Source of the DNA: the human T2T-CHM13v2.0 reference genome, Homo sapiens
Direction: 5' to 3' (one strand)
Assembly (NCBI RefSeq): GCF_009914755.1
Contig: NC_060946.1
DNA length: 64,000 bases
Position 1 is the stretch's first letter. Each line of letters opens with the position of its first letter. A model generated the notes under the pieces. It was not told the DNA's origin and made no database searches. It worked only from the letters and a program-made list of their open reading frames with translations. The position numbers and the translations under genes were made by a program. Shown here one piece after another: positions 1 through 17,130 of the stretch.

Positions 1-1790
<1,790 letters not shown>

Positions 1791-1814
1791 CAAATTCACC
1801 TTCCACAAAATTAG

Positions 1815-4120
<2,306 letters not shown>

Positions 4121-4151
4121 GCACACAATAATAAAGATAATAACAATAATA

Positions 4152-5084
<933 letters not shown>

Positions 5085-5353
5085 TCGTAATAAAATGCCC
5101 ATGAGTCCACACTGAGGTAAAGAAATGACTAAATAAACAAATCTCCCAAACAGAAGAATTCCACTTTATGCAGACACTCTACCATCAAGGAGGAGTAGAT
5201 AACTCCCAACCGTTTAAATATGGGTTATGCAGTGACTCCCTTCCTAAGAGGAGAGTACGGAAAGGAGAGAAAAACAGCCACTTTACAGCAGAAACACCTG
5301 ACAGATACCACCTCCGCCAGGTGATGACGCTCAGCATCAGCAGGGCTAGGTCA

Positions 5354-5728
<375 letters not shown>

Positions 5729-6300
5729 TCAACCTTTGTGCTTTTCTTCCCAAAACCCTTAAGCTCAGTCTAATCGTGAGAAGAACACAACAAATCCCGG
5801 TGGAGGAACATTTTACAAGAGCCTGACCAGTGCTCCTCAAAACTTAAGGTTATCAACAACAAGAAAAGTCTAAGAAGTTGTCCTGGCCAGAGGAGCCTGG
5901 GGAGACAGGAGAGCAAACGCAGTGTGGGGTTCTGGATGGGATTCTGCAACAGAAAAGGACATTAGGGCAAATTCAGGAACCCTGGATGAAGCCTGGACTT
6001 TGGTCACTAACAATGCATCAATCCTAGTCCATTAGTCATGCGCAGAGCAAGATGCTGACAGGAAAAAGGGCTCAGAAATGCGTCCGTGCACAAGGTTCAC
6101 ACTCAACCACTGCTCTTGGCCACAGTCTCACAGGTTATGTTTCAAATAAAATATATTGTACAAGATTCTTGTGCTATTTTTTCTTGTGTTACAGTTAATG
6201 GTATTTAATTTACACTAATGTATTATGAAACTTCAATTCCTGTTTCTGGCTTTGGAGTCAATTTCTATCTCTACTCAAGGTGACTTAAACAGACTTAATG

Positions 6301-6523
6301 AGCCTGGGCAACATAGCAAGACCCCCATCTCTACAAACAAATAATTTAAAAAAATCGGCCAGTTATGGTGGTGCCCGCCATGATAGTCCCAGCTATGTTG
6401 GTGGCTGAAGCAGGAGGAGAGGATCACTTGAGCCCAGGAGGTTAAGGCTGCAGTGAGCTATGATCACACTACTGCACTGCAGCCTAGCCTAAAGAGACCT
6501 GCCTCTAAAATAAACAAACAAAA
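6301..6523 (+). mobile_element. AluJ-like fragment
   Basis: agcctgggcaacatagcaagaccc...gcagtgagctatgatc. Confidence 0.85.
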
Positions 6524-9500
6524 CAGACTTAATGTCAACTTTTACACGCTTTTCCCATTCCAAATAATTTACTATCTTATTTTTGCCCTAATATAAATTC
6601 ATCAACAGTGCCCCCTGGTACAAGCTAGTAGTTATTCGGTTAAGCAAATGAGCTGATGACTTTTATGACCATCGTTACTTCCAGAAGGTGTCCCCAGCCA
6701 GCTGGGGACAGAAAGAGCACTGATCTAACCACTGTTGCGCTTCACCAGCCCAGCCCACCTAATTTCTCTATGAAGTAGCACAGCCGTTCTAGCATGAAGA
6801 TGTTGAATTGGCTGGTCCTCCAGGCCAGCAAGAACATGAAGCCAAGGCCATGAGGCCTGAGGCAGGCACACAGGTGGCTGGTGAATGGGCTCCCTCCCAC
6901 CTCCTGCTCATCAGGCACCTCCCAGGCTACACCTGGAACCAGAAAGGCACTCCCTGGACAGGCCTGTCCTGAGCAGAGACCTCAGTGTCATCCCCTGCCT
7001 TCCTGGTGAGGAAGACAGCAGCAGTAAGGCCCAGAATCTCAGAACTGTCCGCTGCATTGCAGCCTCAGCCAGCGACCCTGATCTCCCAAAAAGCCTCACA
7101 CACACCACTCCAAGAAGCTGCATCAGACACAGAGCCCTGGGCTATCCCGGTCAGTTCACTGGCACACATCTCAGTGCTGCTGCTTCAAACCAGGAAACTG
7201 AGGTCTAGATACACCCTTCCCCATCTCTGAAATGCAGGGAGATCAGCGGGGAGTCAGTGGGGGCAGTCAGAGACTAGCCCCCAACAACCCTTCTCAGTCA
7301 CTGATGTCTGCCCACCAAGGCCTCGGGGGCCAGGATTGCTTCCATGGCCTTGGCTCTCAGCCCAGGACGGGGGTGGGAGCAGCCTGGTGAGTAATGCCCA
7401 GGCCCCCAAGAGGTGGTCCTGCCATAAATAATGCCAAGGACACATCCCCCTTCAAGGGAGGCCAGACCTGCCAGGGAGGGCTGCAGAAAAGCTGCACTCT
7501 AGCTGCAAACAGGAAGGGATGAGCCTGCTCAGATGGTGAGGTCCCTATCCTGTTACCTGCCACTCACGGCCACAAAGGACCAGAAACCCTCCCTGGGCAA
7601 GGAAAACATGCTGCACCTCCCTGTTTGGACCCACGGCTACCAGGGCCAGCTACTGGAGATACCAGGACTCTGCTAGTGTCACCTGGCCTGGGAAGGACCT
7701 AAGCAGCTCAAGCTGGCCACACAGCAGCCACAGCCCTGGCCATGGCCCCCACCTGCCCACTCCCACTGCAGCCAGCTCCCTGTCCTGAGCACGGGAAACA
7801 GGTCTACCAGCACTAACTCAAACTTCACAAAGAAACCATTTCTGGAATGGGGCTCCGTTTGGCGATTCGGAGTCAAAGGCGCACTTCATAGCTCCTTTCC
7901 AAATCCCGTGCATTGTCAGGCCCTGTTCCCCTTTGAAGCCTCGCTGAGTGATTGAAGCGTCTACTTTCTGAGGGGCAGATAGCACCGGGCTGGTAATCTG
8001 ACTCTAAGCCACGGGATAAAGGTAGTTTGTTTCCTCTCAGCCCGTCTGTCAACACCTCCTCAGTAATTAGCCCTAATTATTACAGAGGGCCAGCCTCCCA
8101 TTCGGTTATTAAATCAGAAATAGTATCACGGCTGGGCATCTGTCAACGCCCCGACTGGCGACCTTCGATTCATTGAATCCTCTGTCAGTATCCGCCTTTG
8201 GAAGCGCCCAGGCGGGCAGGGAGGCAGCGGCTTCAAAGATGCAGATCCCAGGAAGAATTCCGGTGAGGCAGGGAGGCAGGGAGGGCCGGTGCCCAGCAGC
8301 CCGATGGCGAGGGGGAGCCAGGCACCGCCCCCCGGGCAGCAAGTGCACAGCCCAACCCCAGCAATTTCCCACCTCCCAGGGCTGACCGATGTCAGTCTCT
8401 CTGTGGCGGGGAATAAGGTATGCCCCCCAAGAACTCCTTCCCTTGGAGAAGAAAGCACCTCCAGGCCTGCATCAGGCATATCCGTCTCAGGGAGTGGCCC
8501 TGACTGACAACTTGGCCTGAGGCCCACAAAGCCCTGAACCAGCTCAGTGCAGGGAGGGGAACCCGAGCCCCGGCTGCCCAGAGCACTGGTAAGCTGGCAA
8601 ATCTGCAAAGCAGAACTCAGATTCCAGCCATAGACACGATTTCCATAGTGGAGATGAGAGTGCTACAGTCCTGTAGGCCCCGACGAAGGACAGCCACCCA
8701 TCTCCCTTCTGGGTCTGAGTCTGTTCTCCATCCTAGAGAAATGGTCATTTGCTCTGCCACAGGGGCCTTCTGCTCTGGCAAAGCACCTCCACCCTGCTCC
8801 CCTAGGGTATAGCTGCCCCCCAGCAAGATTCACTGCCTCAGGCCAGGGGCCGGCACTGACCTCACCTCACCTGGGGCAGTGGCCCAGGTGCCCCAGGGCT
8901 GGCCACCAGCACTTCTCCAGAGACTGAGACCCACAGTGCCCCACCCAGGACTCCTGGCCTGCAGTGAGCCAGGTGGGGCCCAGCACGGTGCCTACATGCT
9001 GAACCCCACCAGGTCTGTGCCGCCCCCTTCCAGATAGGCCCTGCTGCGTGTGAGGGAGGGTCCCAGAGATCAGTCACTTTTGCTGGGGACACGCCCAAAT
9101 GGCGTGATTCGTTCCCGAGCAGAGACAAGCAAGTTCCTCTAGACAGCCCACTGCAGCCTGTTCTCCCCCGAGGCACTGCCAGTCCCTGCTGGGTGCTCTG
9201 CCAGCACTTTGGGTCCTCGTGGCCACCAACCACCCACCACGCTGGCAGGGGGAGTGGGTCTCATGGAGACAAGGACATGGATTAGTTTTCTTCCTTGGGG
9301 ATGCCTGGAAGCCTCATGGCTGGGGCATGAGGAGTGACCTGCTGGCCAGCTCCACAGTCAGCAGGGGCGCCAGGCAGGCGCTGAGGCTGCAAGTCAGACT
9401 TCTCCTTTGCACTGGGACACGGGCTGCCTCAGCTGAGCCAAGAGGAAATGCCAGCGTGAGGAGCCACCAGGCTGCAGAGGCAGGCAGGATGGGCAGGCGG

Positions 9501-10957
9501 GGTCTCTCTGTGAGCAGGCATCTCACGCTGTGGCTGGGGATGTCCGTCGCCCCAGGAGCGGGTCCCAGGAGCCTGGCAAGATGGCAGGAAGGAAGCCTGA
9601 CTTGGACATTGTTAGCCAGCCTGCCCCAGGCACTTACGGGCAGAGGCAGGAACCCAGCCAGCAGAGGGACCGGCCTTTTTGACCCGGGTGAACACACGGA
9701 AAAGCTCACTGCTTTACAGGAAGCGTGACATCCCCGTGCACCAGTTCAGCCTCTGCTCAGAGGCCTGGTTCATGTAGGCCAGCTGCCGATCCCATCAGGG
9801 AGAGACAACACTCACAGAGGGTGCAGGATGGGGACCAATCCCCTGGGGCTGGTGCCCCTGGCCTCGGGGATGGGGATGTGCCCTGGAAACTTGGTCGGAG
9901 CTGGAGGAGGGGTCCCTAAGCAAGCTGGGGCTGACACTTTCTGACAGGGACTTGCCTGTGTGGCTCCTCCTGTGGCGGAGGCAACCTTGGGTGGAAAGGG
10001 GAGGTCCCCTATCACACACAGGTGGTGGTGTGGCCAGGTGTATGTCTCATCAACTCCCGACCACCCAGCTGCATGCAGTCAGCTGTGCACATGCTTACAT
10101 ATGCATGCCAGCAATGTGCTTGCCCACATCCACAGACATGCGAATGAGGACAGAGGCCAGCCTCCCACTCGCTCTGCCCTGTGGGTGCTGCAGGTGGACC
10201 CCTCACTGAGGGCCCCCCCTATGCACAGCCTGTGAATAAAGAGCCCTGGCTCCACAACCCACAAACACTCCCCAGTCCCCTGCAGTGCTCAGACACAGAG
10301 GTGAGGTGGGCAGCGCAGGCACAGCAGGGGGCAGGGGAGTCAGATGTCCTGTGCACCCAGCTGGCAGCCCCACCAATGGGGACACAGAAGAATGTGGCAA
10401 GTGCATGAGCACCCATCATCCACAGGCCCCAGCCCTGTGCTGGGGGTGGTTCCTGAGGCCAGGAGGAAAGGAGCCGGCCAATGAGAACACCCCACAGGCC
10501 TGGGCTCTTCCTTGGCCAGCCCCTACCCACCGTGTCCCTGTAATAGAGATGATGTAGCCCAAAGAAAAACTAAGGGAGCAACGGGCCCTGCTGTCCTGGA
10601 GAGCAGGCTTGGCCAGGCTGTCCAGCGACAAGGCACCCCCGAGGCCTGCACCAGGAGAGTGTGAACACTGCTGGGGCTGGGCAAGGGCCATGACACCATC
10701 CTCGCTGCCTCTGCATTTGTGATCCAATGTGTTTTAAAACTTGCAAAGACAACTTGAAAAATGGGGACATGGATGGTTTCCCTATGACATAAGCAAGACT
10801 TAAAAGCTAGAATAACTAGTAAGGGACAGATCAGACCAGAGAGCAGGCGGGTAGGCCAGGCATGGCTCACGGGTGGCTGCAGCCAGACTGTGAGTTGCTG
10901 CAGCCAGCAGCTGATGCTGAGGTAGGCCCTATGGAAAAAGGTGAAATGGGATCCCCT

Positions 10958-11105
10958 GTTGGTCAGGACATAATAGGTTATGCTGTGGAAAACACAAGCC
11001 CCAAACTCAGTGGCTTCGCACATCAAAAATTTATTTCTTGCTCATATTACATGTGCATCGCGGTCGGCAGAGGGGCTCTGCTCATCACAGGCTATCAAGG
11101 ATGAC
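10958..11105 (-). mobile_element. MaLR LTR 3' fragment (MLT1K/L-like)
   Basis: ggtcagga...aggttatgctgtg...ctcagtggctt...tttatttcttgctcat...catcgcggtcggcag resembles the antisense end of old MLT1 LTRs. Confidence 0.7.
11030..11035 (-). terminator. poly(A) signal AATAAA, probable RTL10 distal 3' end
   Basis: Plus-strand TTTATT, within a MaLR LTR fragment oriented with the gene. Confidence 0.65.
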
Positions 11106-11442
11106 AGCAGACCCCTCCCTTCTGCCGCAGTTACACTTACAGGTGGACTCAAGGTTGAATGTCAAAGGCAGAAAGTTACAACCTGGGAATACAGGATAAT
11201 GCCTTTGTACCCCCCAGGTAGGGAAAGATTTCTTAAGTGAGAAACAGCATCCCATACAGCACAACTGGGCACTGCCTACTCAACAGCCAAGGCTTGGCCA
11301 TCCCCACTCCTCAGTATGGGCCCCAGAACCCAGGGCCTGGGGGACTCTGCACACAGGCATGTGGAGACCACAGAAGCCTGCCCAATATAGCGCTGCCAGG
11401 AACAGCAAAGACAAAACCAGAGAAGCCTATCGCGGGCACCGC

Positions 11443-11787
11443 TGTGGGCAGAACTATGTCCCTTCAATATTTTTATGTTCAAGTCCTAACCCCTAGTACT
11501 TACATTTGAAGACAGGGTCTTTAAAGAGGTAATTCAGGGTTAAATGAGGTCATGAGGGTGGGCCCTGATCCAATAGACTAGTGAGCTTATGAGAGATTAG
11601 GACACAGACACAGACAGGGACACGGCAAGAAGATGGCTATCTGCAGGCCAAGGAGCGAGGCCTCAGGAGAAACCAACCCTGCCCACACCTTGATCTCAGG
11701 CTTCTAGCTCCAGAATCATGAGGAAATGTCTGTTGTTTAAGTCCCCTAGCCTGCGGTCCTTTGTCAGGCAGCCCCAGCAGACAAACA
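11443..11787 (+). mobile_element. MaLR solo LTR (MLT1A/B-like) in the RTL10 3'UTR
   Basis: gtcctaacccc...tttaaagaggtaatt...aaatgaggtcat...gggccct...gccaaggagcgaggcctcaggagaaaccaaccctgcc...tgtttaag. Confidence 0.85.
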
Positions 11788-14219
11788 GGTATGTTGCCCT
11801 GGGATGGATGCAGGCCCCTCCCATCCTCCCATCCTCAGCAGCACCAACCAGCCCCACGCTGGGTGGCTGCTTGTACTTCTCCATACTGAGCACCCCAGCC
11901 CATAGGATGATCAGCTGCTGCCGTCCTATGGAACTCAGGTGTGGCTCTGTGGCTTCCTTTGGCCACAGAAATGGAAGTGGGGTGACACACATTACTTGTG
12001 GCCTGCTGTGGCCTTTCCCCTGCCTCAGTGAGCATGGAGAAATATGTCCAGGTAGGCTGTCGTCAGCACAGGTCTGACAGGCCCCAGCCACGGTGGCCCA
12101 CAGGTGCAAGCAAGAAATAAGCAGTGCCAACTGTAGCCGCTGCGCTGTTGGAGATCTTTGTTACTGCAGCACAATCTGGCTCATGCTGACTGATCCTGCA
12201 GGGTAACAGCTTTATTTGCCTTGCTCCTTTATTGCTGGATCTTTGGGCTTTTCCAGTTCTGCTGTTCAAAAAACAGTGACACCCATGAGGTGGGTGTTAG
12301 AGGGCCCAGACCCCAGCCAAGGCACTGCATGGGCATCATTCTCATTCAACCCTTCTAACCACCCCATGAGGAAAAACTCTGGTCACAGCTCAAAAAGGTC
12401 AGGTAAGGACCCTCAGCTCATGCGGGGAGGGGAGGAGGCAAGGCCAACCTCCAGTCCCTGCTCTAAACCCCCATGTAGTGGTACCGAACCATGACCACCC
12501 CTGGCAAGAGCCTTCATGCACCTATCAAGTAGTCACAGCATGCATGTGCCTAGAATTGTTACGTGGTCAAATTATATTATTGTGTATTCCCACCAACAGT
12601 ATGAGAAGGTCCACTTCTCCATACCTCCACAACTCTGGGCATCTAAAACTTTTAAAATCCTGGAATCATAGGCAAAAAAAAAAAAAAAAAAAAATTCACC
12701 CATATTTTCCTCTAGTACTTTCATAATTGTAACATTGAAATCTTTAATCTGGAATATGTACTGGCATAAAGAGTGAGGCACATACATGGCTTTACTATTT
12801 TCCAGAGGGCCAACTGCTTTTACTGAATAATCCATTTTACTCGTTAATTGGAAACACCTCTAGCCTGTACTAAATTTCCATATTTATTTGGCCCGTTTCA
12901 AAGTCCTCTATTCTCTGCTCATCTGTCCACATCTAAGTGCTTTAACTATTGTGGCTTTATAAAATATTCCAATATCCCATAGGACCTTATCCTTAGTACT
13001 TCCTATTTTAAAGTTTTCCTTGCAGACAGGTACTTTAAATACCATCTCACAGCACCCATCATGTCCTATCTTCAGGAAATAAAATCTCTGGGTATTTCCA
13101 AGGGAAGTGAAGGACTGACACCATGATTAGAAAGCAGAGCCAGCACCATGGCCCGTCCCTGAGCATGTCCAGCAAACCCTGCCAGGCTCTGCAGCTCCTG
13201 AGCACCCTGCCTTCGGGTCTGCCAGTGTGTGGGGGCCAGAAGAGAAAAACAACCCAGGGGGAATGCCTCCTTCCCCCAGCAGGAAAGCAGCTTGGTCATC
13301 ATCTGTCTGAAAGCAGGTGCTGCAGCAGCTGGCAACAAAGCCACTCTGAAAGGAGCTGTGTGCACTGCCTGTCTGGAAGGCCATGCCAGAGTCCATCGTT
13401 GCCTCCACCCTACCTGTGCAGGAAACCTGGACATCACCACTTCAAGGCCCTACCTTCCTTTCTGGGCAGAGCCCAACCACAATAAACAGGACGCGTTTTA
13501 ATTAAAAACCAGGTCACCTGGACTCTCCCAAGGACTCTCAAGCCTGCCTAGGTGGATGCTGCATGACTGGCCCTCAGACACACGGCAGACCATAACTCAC
13601 ACACCCCCAGGAGCTGCCTGGGTCCCAAGGGCACAAAAGCCCCAAAGCCCCAATAGGACAGGGTTCAAAAGAGAAGGCAGCAATCCCAGGCTGGAGTATC
13701 CACTTCAGGTCCACTAAAGGGAGATGGGGAAGGTGGCCTGTCCAGAAGCCTGTGGGACAGGGTAAAGGTCAGCTGGGTGACTAGGCTGTCCATCCTAGAG
13801 AGCAACTCTGGGTTCTACTGCCAGACCCACAGGTGAGCCAGGCCACAGTGCACTGGAGGTAGGCATCAGGGAGCAGTCTGACCCAACCCACAAAAGGGGG
13901 GATGGGGCCTGAGTCATCAGACGGAGGGCAGCTGTGACCTGGCACAGAAGCATGGGGCTGGGCCAGGACATCCAGGGACTTCTCACATCTGACCAGAATC
14001 AAGACTGAAAATGGGTTTCTTCTGCCAGCTCACTTGCTTTGCTACCAGGGCTATACCTGCTTTCTAAAAATAGCTTCCCACCTATTTCCAAGGTTTCCAG
14101 TTGTTTTACCTACAAGGTATCTGTGCCCTGAAATAACTCACACATAAAACCATCTGAACCCAGAGCCTTTTCTAGTGATAGTTACCATAAAATAATCCCA
14201 ACAATTTATATTTTTCTAA

Positions 14220-14545
<326 letters not shown>

Positions 14546-16035
14546 TAAGTTTAATCAGATGCTTGCTAATTAGTTTTTCCTAAAATAGTTGGCTGTATTT
14601 CCAATTCACATTTCTGCTTTTTCTTCCTACTTTCCAGGAAGGTGTTGTTTTGTTGTTTTCACAATTGTAAACCTGAAAGGGACTTGAACTTCTTGTCCAA
14701 GCACCAGAGTGGGCACACACTGCACACACTGGGCGGCTGTACCTGCCTATCCTGTGGTAAACTTGGCTCCAGGAGCTTCCAAGCTCAGCTTCCACTAGAA
14801 AACCCCTCCTTGTGTGGAACAGGTCTTTCTTCATTCCATTCCTCTGGGCCTGGGGCCTCACAGCTCTGGACTGCTGCCTGGTCCTCACTTCACCTACAGC
14901 TCTCGGAAGTCAGTTCTCTACCTGCAGAGCCACCCACCCCCTACTCAGCCCCACCCAGCTTCTTTGATCAGACCCTTGGACCCTCAAAGCCCCTGCCAGA
15001 AACCACAGCTGCAATGCTGACCTGGAATGCTCATGGCCAGGCCTCTGCTCCTGACAGAATGGGAAACAAAGACTTGCTGGTAGGCAGCCACTGCACCACC
15101 TCAGCCAGTAATCCAACACGTGTTTAATGAGCACCAATTGTGTACCAGGCCACAGAGCTGACTAAGACAGAGCCCCTGTGCTGAGGGTCACAGTCTGCCA
15201 GGAGGGAGATCCAAGTCATTTACACACTAGGGCTTAAGTGCTGAATCCGCAATGCATGCGAGTGCGGAGTGAGCAGGGGATGGCAGCACAGCAGCAGGGA
15301 AGAGGAGCCTGCTTCAGAACACCAGGCACGATTAGAGCTACAGTGTTAACACACAAAGGGCGAATGCCTGCAGCTGAGCCTGGCAAGGGGCTTGCATCCC
15401 ACCTTCCTGCATCCAAACCTTCCAGCTGCCCAGAACTGCTGGTAATCCCACAGGAAACATCATTCTTTGCCAAGATGCTATCCCACTCATCCCCCAGAAT
15501 CAAAGTGGCCACTTCCTCCAGGCAGCCTTCCTCACATTCCAGCTGGGACAGAAGTCACAGGGAGCAGAGAGGGTGGGGCTAGGGGGACAGACACAGAAAC
15601 CCCATACAGGAACGAGGTCCCAACAGGGCAGACGTGGCAGACCCAGTTCAGTCCCAGCCAGTGTGGAAGACACCAAGGGGGGTGTTTTATGGGGGTGGAG
15701 GTGACAAAGATGATGCAACTATCTGCTGAGAGTTGATCTACAAAACGACCCCCTCGTGGGAGCAGGCCTGGGTGAGACGGCACTCCCAGAAGACGGGCAG
15801 GGATGCAGCAGAGAGCCAGCAGCAGGGAAAGGGCACAGGGCGGAGGTCAAGCTCTGCTGGAGTTGGGGGAGCTGGTTCTGCTCAGCGCAGAGTCCAAAAC
15901 AAGCGCATCTTGCCCAGCTATGGGGTCTGAAGTCATCTGGGGACACCACTCTGCTCTGACTGGGGACTATGGGGCGCTCAAGCCACACAGGCCACTTCAT
16001 CATGAGGGGCAGCATTGTTCCCACCTGGGCTGTGT

Positions 16036-17130
16036 TCAGAACCCAGGAGAAAGTGGTGGCTCTCCTGGGGTCTCCGGGGCCTCCACCACCTCCTGTGGGG
16101 TACCTAAGGACACCTCCTGGTCTCCCTCTGTCTCCAAAACCTCCTCCTCTGTTTTCTGGGGTTTTGGACCTCCTGGATGAGCTGGGTCTGGTCTCTGGGC
16201 AGGAGGATTAGCTGACTCCGACAGTCTAGGGACAGGTGTGGGGGCTGCCTCCTCTGGCTGGGAAGAGGCTGGTTCCACAGGACCAGGCTTGGAGCTACAT
16301 GTAGAACTGGGCAGGACTGGGGGCTCCTTGGGCCCAGGGGTGCTCTCCTTGGTCAGCTGCTGCTCGAACAGAGCACTTCTAGATACAGAGTTGGACCCAG
16401 ACACAGCAGGGGTGGCCATGGCGGCTGGTAAAGACCTGGGGGCAGTACCCATGTCGAGTGCCAGGCCCTCTAAGAACCTAGCTAAGTATTGCCTCACCAC
16501 AGGCAGCTGAGGGGCCACTGGCAGCTGGCTGGAGGCCAGGGGCAGGGGACAGGTAACCACAGCATGGTACTCAGCAAAACTGTTCGGGTCTTGAACAACT
16601 TCCTTGAGATCCTGGCAGAAGAGCTCGTAATCGTCAGGCAGGGGCAGGTCCCCATCAAGGTAGGGGGCTGCCCAGGCCTGGGCTCGGCCTGTTAGGCGCC
16701 TGAGGATCTCGCAGACACGGCTGATGTTGTCCTGATAGTGCTCAAAGTGGAAGGACATGTAATCGCCCAGCTGGGCCAAGAAGCGGTCCAGTAGCCACGG
16801 GGAGCCATCAAAGGTGCCTGGGTCTGAGCCTGGTACCCAGCAGAAGTCCACCCTGTGGGGTCGGGAGCTGGGCATGTGCCCAGCTAGGGGACCCCTTTCT
16901 GCAGGTTTACCGCCACAAGTGCCACTAGCTGTGCTCTTCTGCTCCATGGTCGTTCGCACACACACGGTGTCCCCACAGCAGGGCCGCTCAATCCAGGGAT
17001 CCACAAGGGGGGTGTATGCCACCCCAGGAGACGCCTTGTCCATCTGCTGCCATGGATGTGCGTTGGCATAATTGGCGGCTGCCCAGATGGGAATGCGAGG
17101 GCCCTGCTGACGGCACCGGCCACGAGGCAT
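16036..17130 (-). CDS. RTL10: RTL10 / BOP / C22orf29, retrotransposon Gag-like protein 10 (364 aa, single coding exon)
   Basis: ATG at 17128-17130 is residue 26 of the 389-aa track ORF, which starts at a GTG. Sequence [10 protein letters not shown]...PPLSPGF*. It has the sushi-ichi/PEG10/LDOC1-type capsid motifs [18 protein letters not shown] and LTGRAQAWA, and the BH3-like LAQLGD. Confidence 0.96.
   Translation of the reverse strand: MPRGRCRQQGPRIPIWAAANYANAHPWQQMDKASPGVAYTPLVDPWIERPCCGDTVCVRTTMEQKSTASGTCGGKPAERGPLAGHMPSSRPHRVDFCWVPGSDPGTFDGSPWLLDRFLAQLGDYMSFHFEHYQDNISRVCEILRRLTGRAQAWAAPYLDGDLPLPDDYELFCQDLKEVVQDPNSFAEYHAVVTCPLPLASSQLPVAPQLPVVRQYLARFLEGLALDMGTAPRSLPAAMATPAVSGSNSVSRSALFEQQLTKESTPGPKEPPVLPSSTCSSKPGPVEPASSQPEEAAPTPVPRLSESANPPAQRPDPAHPGGPKPQKTEEEVLETEGDQEVSLGTPQEVVEAPETPGEPPLSPGF

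Noticed and set aside
15532-16024. Possible pol/protease or zinc-knuckle remnants after the RTL10 stop (e.g. GRFVDQ resembling gypsy protease GNFID)
   Set aside because: No DSG/DTG triad, CCHC motif or PEG10-type slippery site seen, and the similarity is too short. A frameshift-aware tBLASTn/HMM search against sushi-ichi pol would settle it.
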